In this document: positions 30,170 through 41,522 of the stretch, piece after piece | Numbering within the stretch: position 1 is the stretch's first letter | How the letters are laid out: each line of letters starts with the position of its first letter | NCBI GenBank assembly: GCA_963804505.1 | Contig: CAWDQP010000007.1 | Coordinates: forward strand, 132,826-196,825 | Direction of reading: 5' to 3' | From: an uncultured Thermoplasmata archaeon | GTDB taxonomy: Archaea > Thermoplasmatota > Thermoplasmata > Lutacidiplasmatales > UBA184 | DNA: 64,000 nucleotides | Program-made: the position numbers and the translations under genes | Notes under the pieces: generated by a model | Database searches by the model: none | Told to the model about the DNA's origin: nothing | Seen by the model: the letters and a program-made list of their open reading frames with translations, nothing else

Positions 30170-32152
30170 GATCCCGCGGGACGGCCGGGCGGCGAGGGCG
30201 GAGCGCCCAGGACCGGGGCCTCCTCCCCAGACCGGCTGGTGGCGTGGACCATCGCCGCCAGGCGCCCGAGGAGCGACTCCTTCTGCGCGCCCTGGCCCTA
30301 CCAGAGCGTACTTGAGCACGTCTCGAAGGGTGCGCACCGGGATGACCTCGATGACGCCCGCGGTAGCGCGACTCGAGCACGAGGTCCTCCACGTTATCGG
30401 CGGGGATCAGCACCCGCTTCAAGCCCGAGTCGGCAGCCGCCTCGACCTTCGCGGTCACGCCTCCGACGGGAGGACCTGCCCACGGACGGAGAGCGAGCCG
30501 GTCATCGCGCAGCCCTGGTCGACCGGCACCCCCTCGAGCGCGCTGATCACGGCGGTCGCGATCGAGACCGAGGCGCTGTCACCCTCGACCCCGTCGGACG
30601 TGCCGACGAACTGGATGTGGATGTCGTAGCGGGAGATGTCCTCGCCCGTGTACTTCTTCACCAGCGCGCTCACGTTCTGGACCGCCTCCCTGGCGATCTC
30701 CCCGAGCTTCCCGGTCGCGACGACGACCCCGCCGTCCCGGGTCTGGGCCGGGGTCACCTCGGCGACGATCGGGAGGACGATACCCGAGAACTCGGACATG
30801 CCGGACTGGGCGTTGATCGCGGCGAGGCCGTTCACGATGCCGACCGCGGACCCCTCGGTCGAGAACATCCGGTACTCCTTGCGGCGCTCGATGTAGCGGT
30901 CCGCGATCTGCTGCTCGAGCGAGCGGCTCGCGCGCTTCGCCTTCACGACCTGCTCGGCGTGGACGATCGGAAAGCCTTCGGAGAGCGCGATGTCGCCCGC
31001 GACGCGGACCAGCCCGCCGAGCTCCCGGAGGCGGAGCGTGAGCTGCCCCGAGCGGCCCGCGCGGCGTTGGGCCTCGCGGATGACCTCCACGATCGCCTCG
31101 CGGTCGAAGTGGGGGATCTTGCGGTCCTTGAGGACCTCCTGCGCGATGAAACGGACGATCTTCAACCGGTTCTCGGGAACGTCCGGCATGGTCGTCTTGA
31201 CGTAGAGCTCGTAGCCGTACCCGCGGATGCGCGAGCGCAGCGCCGGGTGCATCGTCTGGACGCTGTCGACGTTGCCGGCGGCGACCAGGACGAAGTCGGC
31301 CGGGACGGGCTCGGTCTTGACCATCGCCCCCGCCGACCGTTCGGACTGGCCCACGATCGAGAACTTCCGCTCCTGGAGCGCGGTCAGGAGCGAGTGCTGG
31401 CTCTCGATCTTGAGGAGGTTGATCTCGTCCAGGAACAGGACCCCGCCGTTCGCCTTGTGGATCGCGCCGACCTCGACCCGCTCGTGGGGAGGGGTCTCGA
31501 GCCCGCCGGACTGGAACGGGTCGTGCTTGACGTCACCGAGCAGCGCGCCCGCGTGCGCCCCGGTGGCGTCGATGAACGGGGGCTTGTCGTCGGGCGAATG
31601 CGAGACGAGCAGCTTCGCCACGCCGGGCCGGAATCGCTACGTCCGCCGGAGAACCGCGAGATCGCGTAGATGAACACGACGATCAGGACGCCGAGGAGCA
31701 GGGCGGTCAGGTCGTCGGTCGTGAGCACGATGTAGAGGACGACCGCGAAGACGGCGAGCGCGATGACGATGAACAGGATCGTTCGCTGCTCCTTCTTCTG
31801 CGCCGCCTCGACCTTCTGGGCGGCGACGATCTCCTTCCCCTTCCCCGCCGGGACGACCCGGATCTTCGGCTCGTTCGGGTCCTCGGTGTTCGGGTAGGCC
31901 AGGATGTCCTGGAGCTGCTCCTTCGGGCAGGAAGTCGACCATCGCCCGGGCGAGCATGCTCTTCCCCGTCCCCGGATCGCCGATCAGGATCATGTGGCGC
32001 TTCTGGGTCGCCGCCTTCCGGGCGACCTCCACCGCCTCGTCCTGTCCGATGACCTGCTCGAGGAGTCGGGGCGGGACCTCGACGTCGGCGCTCGACTGGT
32101 AGGGAAGGGTCTTCCCCCACGCGTCCAGCTCGCTGTGCGGCGAGAATGTCAC
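30166..32152 (-). CDS. lonB: Archaeal membrane-bound Lon protease (LonB), at least 4 apparent frameshifts; start uncertain
   Basis: Frame pieces: [32 protein letters not shown]; a TM insert ([17 protein letters not shown]...); ORF 30455..31621 ([12 protein letters not shown]..., [14 protein letters not shown]...[14 protein letters not shown]); then [21 protein letters not shown]. Start is the GTG at 32152, or the ATG at 32190 with another indel. Confidence 0.9.
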
Positions 32153-32395
32153 CGGAGTCGCCCGGACGGTGTTTCCGCTCCCTCTTCCATGACGGCGGCC
32201 CGACCCTGCGTGAGCGGGAATCGATGCGCCGTGGCTTCTAGACGGGGGCCGGTATAAATCCTCTCGGTTACGCGGCTCCGATTCGGTGGCGCGGACGTCC
32301 CGGGCCCCGCCGTTCACGCCCCGTCGCTCACCTTCGACGACTGTCCGGCTCGCCCGTTATCTATCGAGGGGGGCTCGGCCGCGCTCGGAGCGGAG

Positions 32396-33651
32396 ATGGG
32401 ACCGCTTCGACTCGAAGGGCGGCCGGTCGCGGAGGCGATCGACCGGCGCCACGCGGGCCGCGGTCGAAGCGGTCGGCTCCGCGGCGCCGGCCCCTTCGCT
32501 CGTGAGCCTCCACCGCGGGCAGTCGACAGCCCGTTCCGGTTCTACCTGAAGCGGCAGGCGAAGGCCGCCCAGGCGCTCGGGATCGCGTTCCGGGACGAGT
32601 CGCTCGCCGCGGGGGATGGCCCCGCGGAGCTGGTCGCGCGGGTCCGGGCCGCTCGACCGCGACCCGTCCGTCCACGGGGTCCTCCTCGAGCACCCGCTGC
32701 CATCGCCGTTCGATTTCTTCCGCGCGATGGAGGAGCTTCGGCCCGAGAAGGACGTGGACGGCGTGGGCCCCCGTAACCTCGGGCGGCTGGTCGCGCAGAA
32801 GCCCGTGCAGGTCCCGGCGGTCGCGCTGGCGGCGTTCGAGATCGCGCGGCACTACGAACTTCCAATCGACGGCGAGAGCGGGTCGCGGTTCTCGGCCGCT
32901 CGGAGACGGTCGGCCTGCCGCTCGCGCTGTTGCTCGCGGGACGTCCCCCGGCGGGAACGCGACTGTCACGATCGTCCATTCGAAGACGCGCGACCTTCAA
33001 GGGCGCCCTCGCGGGCGTCCGAACGATCTTCTCGTGCGTCGGCCGCCCCAACCTCCTCGACCGACCAGGTGGTCCCCGAGGGCGCGCACGTCGTGGACGT
33101 CGGCACTGTCGAGCGTTCCGGACCCGAATCGGTCCGGGCACGAGCGTCGCGGTCGGCGACGCCAACGCTACGTCCCTCGACGGCTGGGCGGGCTCGCTTA
33201 CTCGCCGGTGCCGGGCGGGGTCGGGCCGGTGACCGTCGCCGAATTGATGTCGAGCACCGTCCGTTCGTGGAAGCTTCTCGTGCGCGGCGAGGGAGCGATC
33301 GTGACCGCCCCGGAACCCGAAGCCGCGGCGGTCGGCCGCCGCCTGCGGTGCCAGGATTGCCCGATGTGGTATGGAGCGGAGGACGGGGGCTGGGGTCCCT
33401 GCTCGATCAAGAACCGGCGCGGCGACGTCCGATACCTCACCTACGGCGGGCACGAGTGCGACGAGGGCTACGTTCCGCCGGCGCCGAGCCGGAGCCTTCC
33501 GGGGTCGTTGAGCGGGGCCCGCTCGACCTCGAGCGCGTCCGAGGTGGGGTATTCTTCCACCTCGAAGGCAGGCCACGGAAGCCGGCGCGCGACGCGCCGA
33601 AGGGCTTCCGGCGCGAGCTCGACGCGGCGTCGTGCGACGTCCAGGCGGTAA
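32396..33651 (+). CDS. folD: Methylenetetrahydrofolate dehydrogenase/cyclohydrolase, about 6-7 apparent frameshifts; ORF runs on into a Cys/His-rich module
   Basis: Pieces in 3 frames: SLVSLHRGQ, FYLKRQAKAAQALGI, HGVLLEHPLP, DVDGVGPRNLGRL, AVLGRSETVGLPLALLL, VVDVG, GDANA, and PVPGGVGPVTVAELM. The catalytic part ends near 33290. The true stop is unresolved, and the ORF overlaps the convergent gene after 33468. Confidence 0.85.
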
Positions 33652-34603
33652 TCGCCCTCCGCGGCGCGAACCCGACGGGCGACGCGCGCGGCCCAGCGGG
33701 GCAGGTCGCCGCCGTCGGGCGCTTCCACCACGCCGAGGACGACCGTTCCGTCGGTCGTCCGTTCGGCGAACGACGGTGCGGTCCGCTCGGCCTGTCGGAG
33801 GAGCCGCTGGCGCAACTGGACGCCGTCCTTGAACCGCGAGGAGCAGTAGTGAACGGGCACCGACAGCCGCATCTCGCGGACCAGGCGTTCGGCGACCGCC
33901 CGGCTGCCGCGGACCCCCCAGCCGTTCCACGCGTCCGTCCGGTACCCGCGCGCCCGCAACTGCTCCTCGTTCGTCTCGGAGAACTCGAGCTCGTTCAGGT
34001 TCACGAAGTCGACCCCGATCCGGTCGAGCGCGCGCAGGAGGCTCTTCAGCTCGCGCTCCTTCTCGGGCAGCACCGGGATCTCCACGCCCCGGCGGATGCC
34101 CCAGGCAGGGCGCGTCCTCGAGGACCGCACGGTACGCCCCGCCGGCGTTCCCGAGGGGGCCCCAGAGGTAGTGCGGGATATGGAGGCGGAACTCGTCGAG
34201 TCCCGCCTTCGCCAAATTCTGGAGCTTCTCCGGGTTCGGCTCGTGGGTGTAGAGATGGATGTTGTGCGACGGTCCGAACGTCCCCTTGAGCAGCCGCACG
34301 TAGTGCTCGACGCGGTCGACGACCCCGAGCGGGTCGCCGCCCGTGATCCCCGTGCCCGCGGCCCCGATCGACCGCGCCTCGTCCAGAACGTCCTTGTCGG
34401 TCAGGACGCGCCGCTCGTTCGCGTAGACGACGTCGTGCTGGTTCCGCTTCGGGGAGACCGGGCAGTAGAAGCAGCGGAACCGGCAGACGCCGGTCACGAA
34501 CAGCACCATCTTGCGGCCCTCGCTGCACTGCGACGCACGCCGTGGACAGGGCGCCCCGGTGGCTGGAGGCCATCGGGAGCAGGTGCAGCGACCCGCTCGC
34601 CAT
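33468..34603 (-). CDS. Radical SAM protein (COG2108-like, PflA-related), 2 apparent frameshifts
   Basis: KMVLFVTGVCRFRCFYCPVS...ITGGDPL (frame of 32542..34779) joins ORF 33468..34130 (VDFVNLNELEFSETN...). The N-terminus is in ORF 34046..34603. Confidence 0.75.
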
Positions 34604-34781
34604 CGAGGGTCGACCCCGGGGCCCGGGCTTAACCCTTTCGAAGCGGCCGCGAGCGGGCCCCGGGCGGTCGCCCGCGCCTCCCGTGGTGGCCCCACGCCAC
34701 CAAGTGGGGTCGGGGAGGCCGGGGGCTCACCCTCAAATCCCCCACCTGTCTCGCCGCGCGAGAACCGGGGGACCGACACCG

Positions 34782-35540
34782 ATGGAGATGCAGCCGGGCC
34801 AGATGGCCTACGACCGCGCGAGCACCGTGTTTTCGCCGGACGGGCGACTCTTCCAGGTCGAATACGCGCTGCAGGCGATCCAGATGGGCGGGACCGCCGT
34901 CGCCGTCACCTACGAGGGCGGGATCGTCTTCGTCGCCTACCGCAACCTCCCCGTGAGCTCGCTTGCCGAATCCGGCTCGATCGAGAAGAGCTTCGCGATC
35001 GACAGCGGTCTCGGGTGCGTCACGGCAGGCCTGATCGCCGACTCGCGCGTCCTGGTCGAGTTCCTGCGGGTGGAGGCCCAGCGCCACCGCCTCTCCTACG
35101 GCGAGCCGGCCCCGTACTCCGTCCTGGGCCACGCCCTGGGCACGCTCCTCCAGCAGTACACCCAGTTCGGCGGGACCCGCCCGTTCGCGGTCTCGCTCCT
35201 CCTCGGGGGATTCAACGGCCGGTCCCGGGCCTCATCGAGCTCGACCCGAGCGGCGCCACGATCGGCTGGAAGGCATACGCCATCGGCCGGAACCGCCGTG
35301 CGGTCGCCGACTTCCTCGAGGAGAAGCTCCCCGAGAAGGCGACCGAGGAGACCGCGTTCCGATTCGCCGTCCAGGCGGTGGCGGAGGGTTCTCCGACGCC
35401 GTTCCCGCCCGAAGCGCTGGACGCCTCGATCCTCGAACCGGAGTCCGAGCTCCGCCGGCTCGACGACCGCCGAGGTCGCGCGCCGGGTCCAGGGGCTGTC
35501 GTTCATCGGCACCCCCGACAAGAAGTCCTCGTCCCGGTAG
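34782..35540 (+). CDS. psmA: Proteasome subunit alpha, 2 apparent frameshifts
   Basis: MEMQPGQMAYDRASTVFSPDGRLFQVEYA... from ATG 34782. Shifts near 35220 (to LIELDPSGATIGWKAYAIGRN) and near 35470. Ends at 35540. Confidence 0.92.
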   Translation: MEMQPGQMAYDRASTVFSPDGRLFQVEYALQAIQMGGTAVAVTYEGGIVFVAYRNLPVSSLAESGSIEKSFAIDSGLGCVTAGLIADSRVLVEFLRVEAQRHRLSYGEPAPYSVLGHALGTLLQQYTQFGGTRPFAVSLLLGGFNGRSRASSSSTRAAPRSAGRHTPSAGTAVRSPTSSRRSSPRRRPRRPRSDSPSRRWRRVLRRRSRPKRWTPRSSNRSPSSAGSTTAEVARRVQGLSFIGTPDKKSSSR

Positions 35541-35553
35541 GGACGCCGCCCCG

Positions 35554-36107
35554 ATGACGGCGCCGCGGGCGAGCCCGACGTTCTCTGCCGTCGGCGTCCG
35601 CCGGCTCTTCGCCTACAACCGCGCCGTCTTCGACCGGTACGTCCGGCGCGTGCGCCGGCTGCCGTGGAAGACCGCGAGCCGCCGCGGGGGATCGGCCACG
35701 AATCGCTGTTCGACACCCTCGTCCACATCCTCAACGTCCACGAGGTCTGGCTCGTGTACATCGTTCGGGGACACAACTCGGACAAGGAGCTCGAGCCGCT
35801 GTTCAACGACCCGAGCCGCCATCCCAAGAACTGGAAGGGCTTCGACACCTACTCCCGCCGCGTCTGGGCCGGGGTCGACGAGACCCTCGAGGGTCTCACA
35901 CCCCGGGACCTCGAGCGCCCGGTGAAGGCGTTCTGGATGCCCGGCCGCTACACGCTCGGCGATGCGCTCGTTCAGACCACGTTCGAGCAGGCGCACCACC
36001 TCGGCGAGATCATCGGCGCGCTCTGGCAGGACGACCTCGAGCCGCCGGAGATGACCTGGCTCGACACGAACCGCGCTCTGGCCGCGCGGCGCCGCCGCCG
36101 GACCTAG
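35554..36107 (+). CDS. DinB-family protein, 1 apparent frameshift
   Basis: ORF 35554.. joins ORF 35664..36107 (LFDTLVHILNVHEVW..., FEQAHHLGEIIG) near 35680. Confidence 0.7.
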
Positions 36108-37821
36108 GCCGCCCGCTCGGCGTCCGCCCGCTCGAACTCGTCGCGAAGGCGGATCCGCCGGCGCGTCCGGTGGTACGTGACCGCGAACCGGTGCGCCTCG
36201 TCGCGGACCGCGCGCAGGAGGAGCATCGGAGCGGTGTTCGGGTTGGGTCGCATCGGCTCGGCCCGGTCGGGTCGGTAGATCTCCTCCTCGCGCTTCGCCA
36301 GCCCGATCGCCGGAAGCTGGTCCCCGAGACCGAGCGCCGCGAGGCTGGATACGGCGGCGGCGAGCTGCCCGGCCCCGCCGTCCACGACCAGGAGGTCCGG
36401 GAGCGGCTCGGACTCGGCGAGACGTCGGCGGTAGCGCCGCTGGACGACCTCGGCGATCATCGCGAAGTCGTTCATCCCCGGGACGTTCCGGATCCGGAAA
36501 CGTCGGTATTCCGAGCGCTGCGGCACGCCCCGCACGAAGACCACGAGCGAGCCGACGGCGTCGGACCCCTGCAGGATCGAGATGTCGGTCCCCTCGATCC
36601 GGCTGGGGAGGGTCGGGAGCTCGAGCAGCGACTGGAGCGCGGCCAGCACCGAGCGGGGCGGGGGGCGGGCGACCACCTGGTCGACGGTCGCCCGGGCCAG
36701 GCGCTCGGCAAGGCCGGCGAGCGCCGCGTACCGGCCCGTCGGCCGGAACTGGACCTCGATGCCGCGCACGCCGAACAGCTCGTCGACGGTCGCGTCGATC
36801 CCGGCGGGACGGGGACCGGCGATGTAGATCCGGTCGGGAAGCTCGAGCCGGCCGCCGTAGGACTGCGTCAGGAACTGGCGGATCACCTCCCCGGGCTCGG
36901 GGACGTCGTCCGCGGGGATCGTGACGAGGTGGGGTTCGGTGTGCCGGACCTCCCCGTCCTCGACCCGGACGAGCCCGACGGCCACGCGGAGCGTCGACGG
37001 TTCCGTCGGATAGGCGAGGCCCAGGACGTCCGCGCGCCCCGTGCCGGAGCCGATCACGGACTGCCGCTCCGCGAGCGCTCCGAGCCCTTCGAGCGCGTCC
37101 CTCAGGAGGGCGGCCCGCTCGAACTCCTGCTTCGCCGCGGCGCGGCGCATCTCCTCCTCCACCGTCGGCCGTACGGTCGCCACCTGTCCGCGGAGGATGT
37201 CGACCGCGCGGTCGACGTCCTTTCGGTACGTCGCGGCGTCGATCGCGGCCGACGCACGGGGCGCTGCACACCCCGAGGTGGAAGTACAGGCAGGTCTCCT
37301 TCGGGAGCCGCACGCACCGGCGGAGCCGGAACAGGTCCGCGAGCAGGCGCTCCACGGCCCGGGCCTCGCGCACGCTCGTGTACGGGCCGAAGAGGAGGAG
37401 CCCCGCGCGGCGCTTCGGCCGGCGGACGAGGAGGATGCGGGGAAACTCCTCGTGGAGCGTGACCGCGAGGTAGGGGAAGCTGCGGTCGTCCTTCAGGAGG
37501 ACGTTGTACGGCGGCTGGTACTGCTTGATGAGGCTCGCCTCGAGGAGGAGCGCCTCGCGTTCGGTTCGCGTCGGGACGAACTCGACGCTCGCGCTGCTGG
37601 CGACGATCGAGCCGTCCTTCTCGATCTTCGCGCGCAGATGGTCGAGGACGCGTCGGCGAAGGCTGCGTCGCCTTGCCGACGTAGACGACCTCGCTGCCCG
37701 CGGACCGGAACAGGTACACCCCCGGCAGGTCGGGGCCCGCCCGGAACCCCTCGCGCGTGGCGGCGGCCAGCTGGCTCGCCGGAACGAACGACGGGAGCTC
37801 GAAGCGCGCGCGGTCGGTCAT
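36104..37821 (-). CDS. uvrC: Excinuclease ABC subunit C, at least 3 apparent frameshifts
   Basis: GIY-YIG N-terminus ([19 protein letters not shown]) from ATG 37821; a middle part in ORF 35613..37373 (FPYLAVT..., [13 protein letters not shown]); and the C-terminal 359 aa in ORF 36104..37183. Confidence 0.9.
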
Positions 37822-40666
37822 GCCCGCGCGCGCGGGGCCGCCACGACCGGGGGTCGAAGGAGCGGTGCGAGGAAGCGGCCGGTGTGCGACCGGGGCGACT
37901 TCGCCACCGACCTCGGGGGTTCCGGCGACGACCACGTGGCCGCCGGCGTCCCCTCCTTCGGGGCCCAGGTCGATCAGCCAGTCGGCGCTCTTCAGGACGT
38001 CCAGGTTGTGCTCGATGCACGACGATCGTGTTGCCGCCCGATCGGAGCCGGAACAGCACCTCGAGCAGCTTCTGCACGTCCGCGAAGTGGAGGCCGGTGG
38101 TCGGCTCGTCCAGGAGGAACAGCGTCCGTCCGGTCGGCGGCTTCGAGAGCTCGAAGGCGATCTTGATCCGCTGGGCCTCGCCGCCCGAGAGCGTCGTCGC
38201 ACTCTGGCCCAGGCGGACGTAGCCCAGGCCGACGTCCTTGAGCAGCTGGAGCCGCGAGGCGATGCGCCGGTGGTTCTCGAAGAACCCGAGCGCCTCCTCG
38301 ACCGTCATCGCCGAGGACGTCGGCGATCGTCTTCCCCTTGAACTTGACCTCGAGCGTCTCCGAGTTGAACCGCTTCCCGCCGCACTCCTCGCAGACGACG
38401 TAGACGTCCGGGAAGGAAGTGCATCTCGTAGCGGAGGACGCCGTCGCCCTCGCACGCCTCGCACCGACCGCCCGCAACGTTGAAGCTGAACCGGCCCGGG
38501 GCGAACCCGCGCGCCTTCGCCTCGGGCAGGCCCGCGAACAGTTCCCGCACGGGGGTCATGATCCCCGTGTACGTCGCCGGGTTCGAGCGCGGCGTCCGTC
38601 CGATCGCGGACTGGTCGATCAGGAGCACGCGGTCGAGCGCGTCGATCCCCTCGATGTAGTCGTGACGGCCCGGGGCATCGCGTCCGACGCCGAGGTGGCG
38701 GCGGACCGCCTTGTACAGGATCTCCTCGAGGATGGTCGACTTGCCGCTCCCCGAGACGCCGGAGAGCGCGACCATGACGCCGAGCGGGATCTGCACGTCG
38801 TCCCCCTTGAGGTTGTGCTCGCGAGGACCGTGGATCGTGAGCCACCGGCCCGCGGGCGGGGCCCTTCGATCCGGTACCGGGATCGACCGGCGCCCGGAGA
38901 GATACTCCGCGGTCAGGGACCGGGGGGTGCCGACGATCGCGGCGGGCGTACCCGAGTACAGCACCTCGCCGCCGTGGACGCCGGCGCCCGGGCCGAGATC
39001 GATCAGCCAGTCGGCCTCGCGCATCGTCATCTCGTCGTGCTCGACGACGAGCAGCGTGTTGCCGAGGTCCCGCAGCGTCTTCAGGGTCGCGAGGAGCCGC
39101 GCGTGGTCACGCGGATGGAGCCCGATGGACGGCTCGTCCAGGATATAGAGGACGCCCACGAGCCCCGAGCCGATCTGGGTGGCGAGCGCGATCCGCTCCG
39201 CCTCGCCGCCCGACAGGGTGCCGGAGGCGCGGTCGAGCGTGATGTACGTGAGGCCGACGTTCTCGAGGAACCCGAGCCGGGCCCGGATCTCCTTCACGAC
39301 CTGCCCGACGATCTGCTGGTCCCGTTCGAGGAGCGGCAGGTCGCGGAACATGGCGGCGGCGGTGTCGACGGTCATCGCGGAGACGTCCGCGATCGAACGG
39401 CCCTCGACCGTCACGGCGAGGCTCGCCGGCTTGAGGCGGCGGCCGGCGCACGACCGGCACTTGACGAACGACATGAACCCGAGATAGTACTCCTTCGCGC
39501 GCTCGCTCTTGGTCGCCTTCCAGCGCCGCTCGACCGAGGCGACCAGCCCCTCCCGGAGCCAGCCGGTCGACCACCAGTGGCCCGGCCCGCGGACGCCGGG
39601 GCCGATCCCGCGCTCCGAGCCGTACATCAGCGCCTTCCACCCCTTCTCCGACAGCTGGCGGACCGGCTTGCGAAGGTCGTAGTCGAACGCCTCCGCGAAC
39701 CGTTGCAGGCCCGCGGCCTCGGGGGTGAGTCCCCAGACCGAGATCGCCCGCCCGAGGGGCTTGTCCTTGTCCGGGACGATCCGCTCGGGGTCGGCGTGGA
39801 GCGTCGCACCGATGCCGAGGCACTCCGGACAGGCGCCCATCGGATTGTTGAACGAGAACATGCGCGGCGTGAGCTCCTCGATGGAGAAGCCGCAGCGGGG
39901 GCAGGCCCGCCGGCTCGAGAACGTCGTGCGCTCGGAACCCGGACGCCGCAGCACGACCAGGCCGTCTCCCGAGCTGGCGTGCGAGCGCGACGGACTCGGC
40001 GAGGCGGCTCGCTTCCTCGCCGGCGACCTCGATCGTGTCGACGACCACCTCGATCGTGTGCTTCTTGTTCTTCTCGAGCCGGATCTCGCGGCCGGGGAGC
40101 CGGATCTCCACGCCGTCGATCACGAACCGGCGGTATCCCGATTTGCGCAGCCGCTCCATCACGTCGCGGTGCTCGCCCTTCATCGCGCGGACCACGGGCG
40201 CGATCACGTCGACCTTCTCGCCGCCGGCCTCGCGCCGCACCGCCTCGACGATCCGGTCGACCGACTGCGGCGCGATCTCCTCACCGTCGTTCGGGCAATG
40301 CGGGATGCCGACGCGGGCGTACAGAAGTCGGAGGAAGTCGTAGATCTCGGTCACGGTCCCAACGGTCGAGCGCGGGTTGCGGCTGCCGGCCCGCTGCTGG
40401 ATCGCGATCGCCGGGGAGAGGCCTTCGATCGAGTCGACGTCCGGCTTGTCCATCTGGCCGAGGAACTGGCGGGCGTACGACGAGAGGCTCTCGATGTACC
40501 GCCGCTGCCCCTCGGCGAAGAGCGTGTCGAAGGCGAGGGAGGACTTTCCGGATCCGCTCACGCCCGTGATGACGATGAACTTCCCCCGGGGAAGGTCGAG
40601 CGAGACGTCCTTGAGGTTGTGCTGGCGCGCTCCCCGGATGCGGATGGCGGTGCTCGCTTCGGCCAT
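37818..40666 (-). CDS. uvrA: Excinuclease ABC subunit A, about 5 apparent frameshifts
   Basis: [48 protein letters not shown]... (ORF 39107..40726); ORF 38305..39954 (Zn modules, [20 protein letters not shown], second GVSGSGKST); then pieces with LSGGEAQRI and [10 protein letters not shown]. The inferred stop overlaps the uvrC ATG (ATGA). Confidence 0.93.
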
Positions 40667-40677
40667 CGATCGATCGT

Positions 40678-41399
40678 TCACCCGGGCAGGAGGGTTCCGC
40701 ACGGTCTCGACCAGCCGGTCGAGCACGTGGGCCTGGACCCGCCGGCCGAGCTCGGCGGAGGCGGAGCGCGTGTCGCCGATGACGCTCTCGGGCCACGCCT
40801 CGGGGGTCGGGGCGCCGGGGACGAACGGGCTGTGGCGGTACTCGACGACCGGCCGTTCGGGTCCGACCGTCTCCGGGGCGACGGCGAGGACGCGGGAGGT
40901 CTCGAGGAGCCCCGCGTGTCCGTCGGTCGCCGGCGACTCCTTGCCGCGCAGCTCGTAGACGAAATCGTAATCGGAGAGGACGACGATCCGGGCGGCCGGC
41001 TCTTCCGCACCGTGCGGTCCGCGGCCTCGCGCAGCGCCGCCATGTGGCCGCGTTCGGCGTGGCCCGAGAGGACCAGCAGCCGGCGCACGCCGCTCCGGAC
41101 CAGCTCGCCGAGGACCCCCTCCACGTGCGTCTCCAACTCGCCGATCGGCAGCGACACCGTCCCCGGGAACCGTCGCGCCCGGCGCCGAGCCGTAGGCGAT
41201 CGTCGGGCGCGACGAGGGCGTCCACGCGGTCGGCGAGGGCGAACGCCGTCGCCTCCGCCTGGATCTGGTCCGCGCCCAGCGGCAGGTGGGGGCCGTGCGC
41301 TTCGAGCGCCCCGACGGGGAGGATCACGAGGGGGTTGGAGGCCAAACGACGCTCGAAGGAGCGCGAATCGAGGTCGAGGAGCCGATGCGAGGATTTCAT
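40678..41399 (-). CDS. Creatininase-family amidohydrolase, at least 2 apparent frameshifts; 3' end uncertain
   Basis: ORF 40281..41399 N-terminus LVILPVGALEAHGPHLPLGADQIQAEA, then SLPIGELETHVEGVLGELVRSGVRRLLVLSGH (ORF 40678..41157). The last part reads without a stop into the uvrA frame. Confidence 0.75.
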
Positions 41400-41419
41400 A
41401 CCGGAACGACCGAGGCGGG

Positions 41420-41427
41420 ATATTTAA
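41420..41427 (-). promoter_or_regulatory. TATA-box-like element for the creatininase-uvrA-uvrC strand
   Basis: Minus-strand TTAAATAT ends 20 nt before the ATG at 41399 (leaderless-type spacing). Confidence 0.45.
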
Positions 41428-41522
41428 CGCGGGCCGAGAGGTCGAGGAACGCCGGTCCTCGGGCCGGGGGCGGGCGAGCTCTTAGGTCCGGTTCCGCTCG
41501 TCCGGGGTTCTTTCCCCGACCT

